Shown here: positions 9,486-19,353 of the stretch, piece by piece
Numbering within the stretch: the first letter of the stretch is position 1
Layout: every line of letters begins with the position of its first letter
Source of the DNA: Planctomycetota bacterium
GTDB lineage: Bacteria; Planctomycetota; B15-G4; SIAN01
Assembly (NCBI GenBank): GCA_031409275.1
Contig: JANNXA010000012.1
Location: 1 to 64,000, forward strand
Length of the DNA: 64,000 bases
Reading direction: 5' to 3'
Notes under the pieces: model-generated
What the model saw: only the letters and a program-made list of their open reading frames with translations
Told to the model about the DNA's origin: nothing
Database searches by the model: none
Translations under genes and position numbers: made by a program

Positions 9486-12400
9486 ATGTCGATCACCTTG
9501 ATGCTCCTCACAGCCTTCGCGCTGCGGTCGCCTGCTGGTGACTCCCCCGATGGCGAACGGCTGCGCTTCGCGCGCGACGTCCGACCGATCCTGTCGGAGT
9601 ACTGCTTTGCGTGCCACGGGCCCGACGCGCGCAAGCGCGAGGCGGAGCTGCGGCTCGACACGCGCGCGGGGTTGCTCGGCGAGGGGGGCGCCGCCGGCGT
9701 GGTCGTCCCCGGTGATCTGACGAAGAGCGAGCTCTGGCAGCGGGTCGACGCGGCCGATGCGATGGAGCGGATGCCTCCCGAAGTGGCGCAGAAGGAGCTG
9801 CCTCCTGCGGCCCGCGACACGCTGCGCCGCTGGATCGAGCAAGGCGCGCCGTGGGAGGGGCATTGGGCCTACGAGCCAATGACGCGGCCGGAGGTGCCGA
9901 GCGGCGCGGCGCATCCGATCGATGCGTTCCTGCGCGTCGAGCTGCCGGCTCACGGCCTCGCACCGCAACCACCCGCCGATCGGCGCACGCTGCTGCGCCG
10001 CCTTTCGCTCGACCTGATCGGGTTGCCGCCGACCGCCGCGGAGCTCGACGCGTTCCTCGCCGATGGAGCGGCTGACGCCTACGAGCGGCAGGTCGAGCGC
10101 CTGCTCGCGAGTCCTCACTACGGCGAGCGCATGGCGATCGGCTGGCTCGACCTGGTGCGCTATGCCGACAGCGTCGGCTACCACGGCGACCAGGAGATGA
10201 GCGTCTCGCCGTTTCGCGACTACGTGATCGACGCCTTCAACGAGAACCTCCCGTTCGATCGCTTCACCATCGAACAGCTCGCCGGCGATCTGCTGCCCGA
10301 GCCGACGCTGCGCCAGCAGGTGGCCTCGGGCTACAACCGCCTCGGCCGCATGAGTGCCGAAGGCGGCGTGCAGCCGAAGGAGTACCTCGCGAAGTACATC
10401 GCGGAGCGGGTGCGCAACCTCGGCGGCACGTGGCTCGGCTCGACACTCGGCTGCTGCGAGTGCCACGACCACAAGTACGACCCGTTCAAGACGCGCGACT
10501 TCTATTCCTTCGAAGCGTTCTTCGCCGACCTCGAGGAGCAGGGGCTCTACTCCGGGGCTGAGAACAGCGGGGCGTGGGGGCCGCGGATCGCGGTGCCGAC
10601 GGTCGAGCAAAGGGAGACGTTGAAACGGCTGGACGCCGCGATCGCGGATGCGCGTCGGCAGCTCGAAACCGAGACGCCAGCGCTCGCCGTCGAGCGTGCG
10701 GCGTGGGAAGCGGCGCAAGTCGCATGGTTGCCGCTGCAGCCGATCACCGCGACTAGCGACGGCGGAGCGACGCTGACCGTGCTGCCCGACGGCTCGCTGC
10801 TCGCGAGCGGTGCGAGCCCCGACACTGACACCTATCGCCTCGCGTTCGACGCGCTGCCCGATGGCATCACCGCGCTGCGCCTCGAAGTGCTGCCCGACGA
10901 CTCGCTGCCCAACCGCGGTCCGGGTCGCGCGGGCAACGGCAACTTCGTGCTGAGTGAACTCGTCGCGCGGAGCGTTGCCGCTGCTGCTGCAACCGCCGTG
11001 ACGTTCGCGTCGGCGCAAGCGAGCTTCGAGCAGACCGGCGCCGCCGGCGACAACCCGTATGGCAAGTGGGCGGTGGCGGGGGCGATCGACGGCGACGCCA
11101 AAGGGCCGACCTGGGGCTGGGCGGTGATGGAGCAGGCGGGGCGCGCCAACACGGCGGTCTTCACGACGACCGCGCCGATCGCCGGCAGCGCCGCCACTCG
11201 TCTCGAGCTCGAGCTGCACCAGCAACTCGGCGCCGGCAGCCACACGCTCGGGCGCTTGCGCCTTTCGTGCACGACCGCGCCGCCGCCGTTCGCGGCCGAC
11301 GCGCTGCCGCCCGACGTTGCTGCGGCGCTCGCGCGGCCGATCGCGGAACGCAGCGAGGCCCAGCGCGCGCAGATCGCCGCGCATCACCGGTCGATCGCCC
11401 CGTCGTTGGCGCCGCTGCGCGCGCAGATCGAGGCGTTGACGCAGCAGCACGCCGCGCAGGACAGCACGATCACGCGCACGCTGGTCGCGCGGTCGGTCGC
11501 TCCGCGCGAGGTGCGCGTGCTGGCGCGCGGCAACTGGATGGACGAGAGCGGCGAAGTGCGCGAGCCCGCCTTCCCGTCGTTCCTGCCGTCGCTCGATGCA
11601 CCGACGGGGCGGCGACTCACGCGGCTCGATCTGGCGCGTTGGTTGGTCGATCCCGACCATCCGCTCACGGCGCGCGTCTTCGTCAATCGCCTGTGGAAGC
11701 AGTTCTTCGGCGCCGGTCTCTCGCGCCGGGTCGACGACCTCGGTTCGCAAGGCGAGTGGCCGAGCCACCCGGAGCTGCTCGATTGGCTGGCGCGCCACTT
11801 CGTCGACTCGCACTTCGACGTCAAGGGAGTCGTGCGGCTGCTGGTCACGTCGGCGGCGTATCGGCAGAGTTCTTCGGCCTCGAGCGCCGATGAGACGGCC
11901 GATCCCGACAACCGCTGGCTGGCGCGCCAAGGGCGTTTCCGCGTCGACGCGGAGCTGGTGCGCGACATTGCGCTGCAGGCGAGCGGCCTGCTGGTGGAGC
12001 GGATCGGTGGGCGCAGCGTGCGTCCCTATCAGCCGGCTGGCTACTGGGCCTACCTCAACTTCCCGACGCGCGAGTGGCAGGCCGACACGGGCGAAGCGCT
12101 CTATCGCCGCGGCATCTACGTCCACTGGCAGCGGCAGTACCTCCATCCGTCGCTGATCGCGTTCGACGCGCCGAGTCGCGAGGAGTGCGCCGCGGACCGA
12201 TCGCGGTCGAACACGCCGGTGCAGGCGCTGGTGCTGCTGAACGATCCGATCTACGTCGAAGCAGCGCGCGTTCTCGCCGAACGCATGGTGCGCGAGGGGG
12301 GCCCATCGGCCGCCGAGCGCATCGCCGATGGCTTCGTGCGGACGGTCGCGCGGCCGCCGCGGCCCGACGAAGTGGCGGTGCTCGAACGGCTGCTCGAATC

Positions 12401-12560
12401 GCAAACCGCTGCCTACCGCGCCGATCCCGAGGCGGCGCGCGCGCTGATCGCGGTCGGCGCGGCGCCGGTGGCGAGCGACCTCGATCCGATCGAGCTCGCC
12501 GCGTGGACGGCGGTCGCGCGCACGCTCCTCAACCTGCATGAGACGATCACCCGTGATTGA
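9486..12560 (+). CDS. Planctomycete cytochrome c + DUF1549 + DUF1553 (PSD1) protein
   Basis: CFACH; WLDLVRYAD; CCECHDHKYDP; PSHPELLDWLA; NTPVQALVLLND. Alternative start GTG 9447. Confidence 0.9.
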   Translation: MSITLMLLTAFALRSPAGDSPDGERLRFARDVRPILSEYCFACHGPDARKREAELRLDTRAGLLGEGGAAGVVVPGDLTKSELWQRVDAADAMERMPPEVAQKELPPAARDTLRRWIEQGAPWEGHWAYEPMTRPEVPSGAAHPIDAFLRVELPAHGLAPQPPADRRTLLRRLSLDLIGLPPTAAELDAFLADGAADAYERQVERLLASPHYGERMAIGWLDLVRYADSVGYHGDQEMSVSPFRDYVIDAFNENLPFDRFTIEQLAGDLLPEPTLRQQVASGYNRLGRMSAEGGVQPKEYLAKYIAERVRNLGGTWLGSTLGCCECHDHKYDPFKTRDFYSFEAFFADLEEQGLYSGAENSGAWGPRIAVPTVEQRETLKRLDAAIADARRQLETETPALAVERAAWEAAQVAWLPLQPITATSDGGATLTVLPDGSLLASGASPDTDTYRLAFDALPDGITALRLEVLPDDSLPNRGPGRAGNGNFVLSELVARSVAAAAATAVTFASAQASFEQTGAAGDNPYGKWAVAGAIDGDAKGPTWGWAVMEQAGRANTAVFTTTAPIAGSAATRLELELHQQLGAGSHTLGRLRLSCTTAPPPFAADALPPDVAAALARPIAERSEAQRAQIAAHHRSIAPSLAPLRAQIEALTQQHAAQDSTITRTLVARSVAPREVRVLARGNWMDESGEVREPAFPSFLPSLDAPTGRRLTRLDLARWLVDPDHPLTARVFVNRLWKQFFGAGLSRRVDDLGSQGEWPSHPELLDWLARHFVDSHFDVKGVVRLLVTSAAYRQSSSASSADETADPDNRWLARQGRFRVDAELVRDIALQASGLLVERIGGRSVRPYQPAGYWAYLNFPTREWQADTGEALYRRGIYVHWQRQYLHPSLIAFDAPSREECAADRSRSNTPVQALVLLNDPIYVEAARVLAERMVREGGPSAAERIADGFVRTVARPPRPDEVAVLERLLESQTAAYRADPEAARALIAVGAAPVASDLDPIELAAWTAVARTLLNLHETITRD

Positions 12561-13968
12561 CCCAGCGCTCTTCATCGCGCGCCGCACGTTCCTGCGGCAA
12601 AGCGGCCTCGGGCTCGGCTCGTTGGCGCTTTCGACGTTGCTGCGCGGAACGGCTCGCGGCGCGACGACGGAGGATGGTCCGCGCGCCGGCCTCCACCACG
12701 CGCCGAAAGCGAAGCGCGTGATTTGGCTCTACATGGCCGGCGGCATGAGCCACCTCGACACCTTCGACGAGAAGCCGGCGCTTGCCGCGCTCGATGGCCA
12801 GCCGATGCCGGAGTCGGTCACCAAGGGGCAGCAGATCGCGCAGCTGCAGGGCTCGGCGCTGCGCTGCATGGGGCCGCAGCACCCCTTCGCGAGCTACGGC
12901 GCGTCGGGACAGCGAATCGCCACGATTTGGCCCGAGCTCGGCTCGCGCTGCGCCGATGACCTCTGCATCGTGCGCAGCATGCACACCGAGGCGATCAACC
13001 ACGACCCGGCGCACGCCTTCATGAACACGGGCTCGATGATCGCGGGCCGGCCCGCGATGGGGTCGTGGCTCTGGTACGGATTGGGTTGCGAGAGCCAGGA
13101 GCTGCCCGGTTTCGTGGTGATGGTGTCGACCGGGCAGTTCGGCCAGAAACAGCCGATCGCCGCGCGCCAATGGCATTCGGGCTTCCTGCCGAGCCGCTTC
13201 CAGGGCGTCGAGTTCCGTGGCGCCGGCGATGCGGTGCTGCACGTGAGCAGCCCGCCCGGCGTCTCGCCCGCGTCGCAGCGCGCGGTGCTCGATGCGGTGC
13301 AGCAGTTGAATGGGATCGAGCAGGCCGCGGCGCCCGATCCCGAGATCGCCACGCGCATCGCGCAGTACGAGATGGCGTTTCGCATGCAGACGAGCGTGCC
13401 GGGCCTGATGGACCTCGCCTCCGAGCCGCAGCACGTGCTCGATCTCTACGGGACCCAGGGACGCGACGGCAGCTTCGCCGCCAACTGCCTGCTGGCGCGC
13501 CGGCTCGCCGAGCGCGGCGTGCGCTTCATCCAGCTCTACCACCGCGACTGGGATCACCACGGCGCCGTGAAGTCGCACGTCGCCGGCTCGGCCGCGGAGG
13601 TCGATCGCGGCGTCGCGGCGCTGCTCTCCGACCTGAAGCAGCGCGGGATGCTCGAAGACACGCTGGTCGTGTTCGGCTCGGAGTTCGGGCGCACGCCGAT
13701 GGCGCAGGGAGACGGCCGCGACCACCACCTCGCCGGCTTCACCGTCTGGCTCGCCGGTGGCGGCGTGAAGGCGGGCTACGCGCACGGCGCCACCGACGAC
13801 CTCGGCTACCACGCCGTGACCGATCGCGTCAGCGTGCACGATCTCCACGCGACGCTGCTCCGTCTGCTGGGCATCGACCACGAGCGCTTCGCGTTCAAGT
13901 TCCAAGGACTCGACGCACGCCTCACCGGCGTCGAGCCGGCGCGCGTCGTCAGCGAGCTGATCGCGTAG
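12553..13968 (+). CDS. DUF1501 domain protein, Tat-like signal
   Basis: ARRTFL; AKRVIWLYMAGGMSHLDTFD; DWDHH; SEFGRTP; GRDHH. GTG start overlaps the upstream gene end. Confidence 0.9.
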   Translation: MIDPALFIARRTFLRQSGLGLGSLALSTLLRGTARGATTEDGPRAGLHHAPKAKRVIWLYMAGGMSHLDTFDEKPALAALDGQPMPESVTKGQQIAQLQGSALRCMGPQHPFASYGASGQRIATIWPELGSRCADDLCIVRSMHTEAINHDPAHAFMNTGSMIAGRPAMGSWLWYGLGCESQELPGFVVMVSTGQFGQKQPIAARQWHSGFLPSRFQGVEFRGAGDAVLHVSSPPGVSPASQRAVLDAVQQLNGIEQAAAPDPEIATRIAQYEMAFRMQTSVPGLMDLASEPQHVLDLYGTQGRDGSFAANCLLARRLAERGVRFIQLYHRDWDHHGAVKSHVAGSAAEVDRGVAALLSDLKQRGMLEDTLVVFGSEFGRTPMAQGDGRDHHLAGFTVWLAGGGVKAGYAHGATDDLGYHAVTDRVSVHDLHATLLRLLGIDHERFAFKFQGLDARLTGVEPARVVSELIA

Positions 13969-15376
13969 CAGCGCCGGCGATCTGCGGCGCGTCGATCAGC
14001 GGTGACGCGACGGTCAGCCAGCCCGAGCGCGTGCCGCCGCAGAGGCAAAGCTCATCGTCGTCGGTGGCGAGCATGAGGCCAGCGATGGCGGCGGCGATGT
14101 TCGCGCCGCCCAGGTAGTGGTCGCCGCCGTTGTTGCCCTTCGAGCCGAGGTAGGCCGCCGATCCGTCGGGCTGCCGCATCAGCGTGAGGTACCAGCTCCA
14201 CTCGTCGCGATGGGCGCGCCATCCGGCTGGGGAGAGCAGCTTGAGCGCGAAGGTGCCGTAGATCATCCCGATCGAGCCCATCGCGTGCGCCTCGCGCATG
14301 CGCTTGGTGTTGGCGACGAGGTAGCCGGCCATGCGGTGAGCCAGCTCGGGCTCGCGGCGGGCGAGCGCCAGCGCGGCCGCCATCGAACCGGTGCGGGCCG
14401 AGGCGTCGCCGTAGCCGGTTTCGAGCGTCCAGTAGCGCACGCCGCCGTTCTCTCCCGTCGAAGCGCGAATCTGCTCGAAGGACTTCTGCCAGGTGGCGTC
14501 GTCGATCTTGCAGCCCGCCCGTTGCGCGAGCCCCCACGCGAGATGCACCTGCGTGTTGATGACGTTGAAACCGTTGCCGCCATAGGCGTCCTCGTCGGTG
14601 TGGCCCATCTTCCCGTCGGGGCGCATGCGCGCGGCGAAGGCGTCGCAGAGCCGCTGCAGCGGCGCCTGCAGCGAATCGTCGCCGGTGGCGATGCGAACCT
14701 CGGCCAGGAGCAGCGCCGTCGTCAGCCGCGGCCAGTTGTCGAGGCCGCCGGGTCCGGGCTTGAAGTCGTCGGGCAGCAGGCACTTGCCGTCCGGGCCGAC
14801 GAGGTACGCGATCGATTTGCGGATCGCCGGCAGGTGCGCCTCGCCGTCGTGCGCCAGCAGCGTCAGCGCGAGCAGGCCGGTGATGAAGCGATCGGACGTC
14901 TGGCCGGTCGGCGTGCCCCATGAGCCATCCTCGCGCTGGGTCGCGAGCAACTGCCGGCAGATCCCGGCGACGAAGTCACCGGCGATCGGGAGCTCACACG
15001 CGAGCGCGAGTTCAGCGTCGCCGCGGCGGACCGCGAGTCGGAGCCGGCGGTCGCCCGGCGCGCGCTCGCAATGCGCGATGGCCCGACCGAGCTCTTCCGG
15101 CGGGCCAGCGTCGCCCGCGTCGATCGACGCGCTGAAAGGCGTGAAGGGCTGACCATCGACCGCCACGATGCGATCGCCTGCTTGCAGCCCGCCGCGTGCC
15201 GCTGGCGCGTCGGCGGTGACCGCGGTCACGATCGCTTCGTTCGTGCCGTCCACCACCTCAGCTGCTCCCCCGAGCGGCCCCAGGGGGAAGGGGTGGCGGA
15301 ACGCCCCCGGCGCCCCGTTCTCCTGGGCCGCCCCGGGGGCGGCCACGAGCGCCAGAAAAAGAACGCTCGGACTCAA
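13949..15376 (-). CDS. Secreted PDZ + DUF6288-like alpha/alpha-toroid protein
   Basis: LGPLGG...APAARGGLQAGDRIVAVDG (PDZ); QREDGSWG and RQPDGS repeats of prenyltransferase-like toroids. Start uncertain (TTG 15376 precedes a hydrophobic signal). Confidence 0.65.
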   Translation of the reverse strand: MSPSVLFLALVAAPGAAQENGAPGAFRHPFPLGPLGGAAEVVDGTNEAIVTAVTADAPAARGGLQAGDRIVAVDGQPFTPFSASIDAGDAGPPEELGRAIAHCERAPGDRRLRLAVRRGDAELALACELPIAGDFVAGICRQLLATQREDGSWGTPTGQTSDRFITGLLALTLLAHDGEAHLPAIRKSIAYLVGPDGKCLLPDDFKPGPGGLDNWPRLTTALLLAEVRIATGDDSLQAPLQRLCDAFAARMRPDGKMGHTDEDAYGGNGFNVINTQVHLAWGLAQRAGCKIDDATWQKSFEQIRASTGENGGVRYWTLETGYGDASARTGSMAAALALARREPELAHRMAGYLVANTKRMREAHAMGSIGMIYGTFALKLLSPAGWRAHRDEWSWYLTLMRQPDGSAAYLGSKGNNGGDHYLGGANIAAAIAGLMLATDDDELCLCGGTRSGWLTVASPLIDAPQIAGAATRSAR

Positions 15377-15381
15377 GAATG

Positions 15382-15429
15382 TTGAACGATATGAACGATT
15401 TAGTGTTAGTGTTGGACGAATTGAACGAA
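15382..15429. promoter_or_regulatory. AT-rich operator with four 9-bp direct repeats (WTGRACGAW)
   Basis: TTGAACGAT ATGAACGAT [TTAGTG]x2 TTGGACGAA TTGAACGAA in the divergent intergenic region, upstream of SD AAGGAG (15438-15443). Confidence 0.65.
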
Positions 15430-15449
15430 TCAAAGGTAAGGAGATCCGC

Positions 15450-17147
15450 ATGTTCCTCGCTCTCCAAGTCGCCCAATCCGTGCTCGCGATCGCCGCCGTT
15501 GCCGCCGCGTCTTCGGCCTCTCCGACCGAGTTCGAGTTCACCAACGGCACCCGTGGCTGGAGCACCGTACTCGACGGTGTCATGGGCGGCCGCTCGACCG
15601 GCTCGATCTCGCAGGAAGAGGCCGGAATCTTGCGCTTCACCGGCGACCTCTCGCTCGAGAACAACGGCGGGTTCTCGCAGATGCGCACGAATGTGGAAGA
15701 GGGCGCCTTCGCCGGCGAGCGCGGCCTCTCCGTGCTGTTGCGCGGTGATGGGCGGCAGTACCAGTTCGACGTCCGCGTCTCCAACGCCCGCATGATGGCG
15801 GGCAGCTACCAGCTGAAGATCGACACGACCCCAGGCGAGTGGATCACGGTCGATCTTCCGTTCGACGAGTTCAACCTCTTCAACTTCGGGCAACTGATGC
15901 GCGGCGCCGGCCCGATCCGGCCCGAGAAGATCGAATCGATCGGCATCACGCTCTCCGACAAGAAGCCGGGGCAATTCGCGCTCGACGTCGACTGGATTCG
16001 GCCGCTCGGTGCGCCGGTCCCTGAGCAGAAGGGGAGCGACCTCGCGACGGTCGCGGGCGACGCCGGCCTGACGACGCTGCTCGCGCTGGTGAAGGCCGCA
16101 GGCCTCGAGTTGCCGAAGGGGCAGCGGGTCACGATCTTTGCGCCGACGAACGATGCGTTCGCCAAGTTGGCCAAGGAGACGGTGGAGTTCCTGACTAGTC
16201 CGAAGGGCAAGGCGACCCTGCAGGCGGTGCTGAAGCACCATGTGGTCACCACCACGTACGACTCCGCGGCGTTGCTTGGTCGGCGCAGCGTACGAGCGTT
16301 GTCGGGGCAGACCCTCGAGATCGACGCGGATCAGCTCACCGTCGACGGATCCAGGATCGTCGCGGCCGATGTCGCGTTCGACGCCGGGCTCGTCCACGTG
16401 ATCGACGCGGTGATGATGCCGGAGCTTCGGCCGATCGCGGCGCTGCTCGAATCGGACCCGCGCCTCTCCACGCTGCGCAAGGCCGTCGAAGTGGCCGGCA
16501 TCGGCTCCCAGATCGGCGCCGAGAACCCAGGGCCCTGGACGGTGCTGGCGCCGTCGAATGAGGCGTTCGCGGCGCTGCCCGCCGGCGCACTCGAAGCGCT
16601 GCTCGCCGATCGGCAGCAGCTGATCTCCGTGCTCACCGGGCATGTGATCCCGAGCGCCGTTCGTCGCGAACAGCTGCTGAGCCTTGGCAGCGCGCGCACC
16701 CTGATGGGGGAGGGGACGGTCGAGTTCAAGCTGAGCGACGGCGCGCTCACGGTGGGCGGCGCGAAGATCCTCGCTGCCGACATCGAGGCGTCGAACGGCA
16801 TCGTCCACGTCATCGATCGGGTGCTGTTGCCAGCCGCTCGCACGGCACCGATCGCCAAGCTTGCGCCGATGAATCCGGCAGTCGAGGTCAAGGTCGCGAC
16901 GCTCCTCGAGCTCGCCATTGCTCGCGGTGTTCCGCTGTTCAACGCCGGTGAGCGGGGCGCGTGCGCGGCGATCTACGAGGTCGCGATCTCGGCGGTCGTC
17001 ACGCTCGGCGAGGACGTGATCGATCGCGACACGCTCACGCTCCTGAAGAACGCGCTCCGCGAGGGTGCGAGCGAGAAGAGCGACAGCGAGCGCGCGTGGC
17101 TCTATCGAGCGGCGATGGACAAGGCGTACGCGAAGCTGGAAGCGTGA
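15450..17147 (+). CDS. Secreted CIA30 + two fasciclin (FAS1) domain protein
   Basis: DGVMGGRS and LSLENNGGF (CIA30); TIFAPTNDAF...HVIDAV and TVLAPSNEAF...NGIVHVIDRVL (FAS1); strong SD. Confidence 0.9.
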   Translation: MFLALQVAQSVLAIAAVAAASSASPTEFEFTNGTRGWSTVLDGVMGGRSTGSISQEEAGILRFTGDLSLENNGGFSQMRTNVEEGAFAGERGLSVLLRGDGRQYQFDVRVSNARMMAGSYQLKIDTTPGEWITVDLPFDEFNLFNFGQLMRGAGPIRPEKIESIGITLSDKKPGQFALDVDWIRPLGAPVPEQKGSDLATVAGDAGLTTLLALVKAAGLELPKGQRVTIFAPTNDAFAKLAKETVEFLTSPKGKATLQAVLKHHVVTTTYDSAALLGRRSVRALSGQTLEIDADQLTVDGSRIVAADVAFDAGLVHVIDAVMMPELRPIAALLESDPRLSTLRKAVEVAGIGSQIGAENPGPWTVLAPSNEAFAALPAGALEALLADRQQLISVLTGHVIPSAVRREQLLSLGSARTLMGEGTVEFKLSDGALTVGGAKILAADIEASNGIVHVIDRVLLPAARTAPIAKLAPMNPAVEVKVATLLELAIARGVPLFNAGERGACAAIYEVAISAVVTLGEDVIDRDTLTLLKNALREGASEKSDSERAWLYRAAMDKAYAKLEA

Positions 17148-17231
17148 CCGCCGTGATCGATGTCAGGTGATGCTCGAACCGGTCCGGGTCAACGACTCGG
17201 ATCGAATCAGTGGTAATGGGAGCTGGAATCG

Positions 17232-17423
17232 ATGCTGACCAAAGCAGACTGGATGATCCTCATCGCGGCTTTTATGTCCTTCCTCTTTTCGATCTCGCTG
17301 TGGTTCGGGTTTGGGATGGCCATCAACAAGGACGCCGGCTTGTTCGTCGGAATCTGGGTCCCCTCCATTCTCGCAGCCGGGAACTACGTGCGTCAGGCTT
17401 CAAGGACGGTGCGCCGTGAGTGA
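17232..17423 (+). CDS. Small two-TM membrane protein (63 aa)
   Basis: Hydrophobic ORF with a GLFVGIWVPSIL motif, in series with the fasciclin gene. Confidence 0.6.
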   Translation: MLTKADWMILIAAFMSFLFSISLWFGFGMAINKDAGLFVGIWVPSILAAGNYVRQASRTVRRE

Positions 17424-17538
17424 CATCATGATCTTCAGTTTCGGCGTCCTGGCCACGATCCTCACGTTCGGAGGCTTCATCTTCTCGGCGCTGGAGTTCC
17501 GACGCATGGGAATCAAACAGAACGAGACCGAGCGTTAG
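17416..17538 (+). CDS. Small single-TM protein (40 aa)
   Basis: GTG start overlapping the end of the upstream gene; hydrophobic IMIFSFGVLATILTFGGFIF followed by EFRRM. Confidence 0.5.
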   Translation: MSDIMIFSFGVLATILTFGGFIFSALEFRRMGIKQNETER

Positions 17539-17580
17539 TTTCCGACAGTCGATGGTGTCGCCGGAGCGGCGTCGGCCAGG

Positions 17581-17937
17581 TCATGGTGCGGAAGCGCTGA
17601 AGACGGCGTAGGTGGCGATGTAGAGATTCACGAGCATCAACACCAATGCCGGCGCCGTCTCCTTCAGCGAATCACGGAGGCGCAGGCGGACGCCGACTCC
17701 AAGGGCCATCAGCAGGACGAGTCCACCGGCTGCGACGACGACCAGAGACGGGATGAACTGTCCGATCACGAGTCCGACCGCGCCGAGGATCTCGAGGCTT
17801 CCCGTGAGCCTTCGAAAGCGAAGCAGGCCGAATCGTTCGAACTCGGCCGCCATCCCGTCCGCGAAAAGGCAACGAATGCCGTAGTACAGGAAGAGCGCTG
17901 CCGACAGCGCTTGCGACGCAAGAAAAACGATGTCCAT
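17581..17937 (-). CDS. DoxX-like membrane protein
   Basis: MAAEFERFGL...RRLTGSLEILGAVGL; four hydrophobic segments. Confidence 0.8.
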   Translation of the reverse strand: MDIVFLASQALSAALFLYYGIRCLFADGMAAEFERFGLLRFRRLTGSLEILGAVGLVIGQFIPSLVVVAAGGLVLLMALGVGVRLRLRDSLKETAPALVLMLVNLYIATYAVFSASAP

Positions 17938-18004
17938 GAGCCGGATACCTGCGCCGCGGAGTGACTCTGCGAGGTTCGGCCCTCTCAGTACGAGGAGCTT
18001 ACAC

Positions 18005-18376
18005 ATGCCGCCTTGGACTCCCTTGACCTCCCTTCAGTGCATCGTGGCGCTGGGGCTTCTGAATGTGTGGATCGTGCGAGCGCGGATGGCCACGGCCTTC
18101 CGAGGCGGATCGGCGAAGTCGCTGACGCAGGAGTTCGCCGCGTACGGACTGCCGCCGTGGTTTTGCTACCTGGTGGGCGGGCTGAAGATCGGATCGGCCG
18201 TGATGCTGATCGCGGGACTCTGGATGCCCGTGCTCGTCGCGCCAGCGGCGGGTGTCGTGGTGGCGCTGATGCTGGGGGCCTTGGCGATGCACGCAAAGGT
18301 CAAGGATCCGTCCATCAAATCGCTGCCGGCCGTCCTGATGCTGGCGATGAGCGGCGCGCTCCTCGTGATGATCTGA
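18005..18376 (+). CDS. DoxX-like membrane protein
   Basis: SD GAGGAG; EFAAYGLPPWF...MLGALAMHAKVKDP..KSLPA. Confidence 0.8.
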   Translation: MPPWTPLTSLQCIVALGLLNVWIVRARMATAFRGGSAKSLTQEFAAYGLPPWFCYLVGGLKIGSAVMLIAGLWMPVLVAPAAGVVVALMLGALAMHAKVKDPSIKSLPAVLMLAMSGALLVMI

Positions 18377-18459
18377 ACGACCGACTTCGGATCTCCCGCT
18401 CGCCGTCGCTTCTCGGCCACGAGCTGATCGAGAAGTGACGGCAGCGCGCGTCGCCGAGG

Positions 18460-19353
18460 TCACGAGCCCGTCACGATCTGCCCCATCCGTCCGGCCTGGT
18501 AGTCGGCGAACGCCTGCGCGATCTCCTCGCGCGTGTTCATCACGAAGGGGCCGTATGCCACCACGGGCTCGTCGATCGGGGCGCCATCGAGTAGCAGCAA
18601 CTCGCTGTCGATCGTGGCGTCGATCCGCAGCGTCTCATTTCCCTCGCCGCGAGCGACACGCCCGAAGACGGTGAGCGTCGCCGAGCCGATCCGTGGCGCG
18701 TCGTGCAGCGCGATTTCACCGCGGCGCAGCAGCAGCAGCGTTGCGTGGCCGGCCGGCAGTTCGAACTCGACGTGGCCGCCCGCGCGCAATTGCACGTCGA
18801 GCAGCGAGATCGGCGTGAAGGTCTGCGCCGGGCCGCTTGCTCCGGAGTGGCTTCCTGCGAGGACGCGGACACGGCCCGCGCCGTTCTGCAGCGTGACAGT
18901 CGGAATCTGCGCCGCGGAGAGTTTCTGGTAGCGCGGCGCGCGGCGCTTGTCGGCGGCCGGCAGGTTGACCCAGAGCTGCACCATCTCGAGCGTGCCGCCC
19001 CGTTGGGTGAACTCGGCGCTGTGGAACTCCTCATGCACGAGCCCCGACGCCGCGGTCATCCACTGCACGTCGCCCGGACCGATCGAGCCGCCGCCACCAT
19101 GCGAATCGCGATGGTCGACCGCGCCGGAGTAGACGACGGTAACGGTCTCGAAGCCGCGATGCGGATGGGGCCCGACGCCGCGCGGCCGCGAACTGCTCGC
19201 GGCAAACTCGTGCGGCGCGGCCCAGTCGAGCAGCAGGAACGGTCCCGCTCGCGAGCCGAGCGTGGCGTGCGAGAAGAGCGTCTGCACCGGAAAGCCGTCG
19301 CCGACCCAGTGGTGCTCGCCGGCCGGGATCAGGGCGTGGAGTCGCTTGCGCAT
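18460..19353 (-). CDS. Pirin family protein
   Basis: HWVGDGFPV, GPHPHRGFETVT, QWMTAASGLVHEE, QLWVNLP, YGPFVMNT. Confidence 0.93.
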   Translation of the reverse strand: MRKRLHALIPAGEHHWVGDGFPVQTLFSHATLGSRAGPFLLLDWAAPHEFAASSSRPRGVGPHPHRGFETVTVVYSGAVDHRDSHGGGGSIGPGDVQWMTAASGLVHEEFHSAEFTQRGGTLEMVQLWVNLPAADKRRAPRYQKLSAAQIPTVTLQNGAGRVRVLAGSHSGASGPAQTFTPISLLDVQLRAGGHVEFELPAGHATLLLLRRGEIALHDAPRIGSATLTVFGRVARGEGNETLRIDATIDSELLLLDGAPIDEPVVAYGPFVMNTREEIAQAFADYQAGRMGQIVTGS

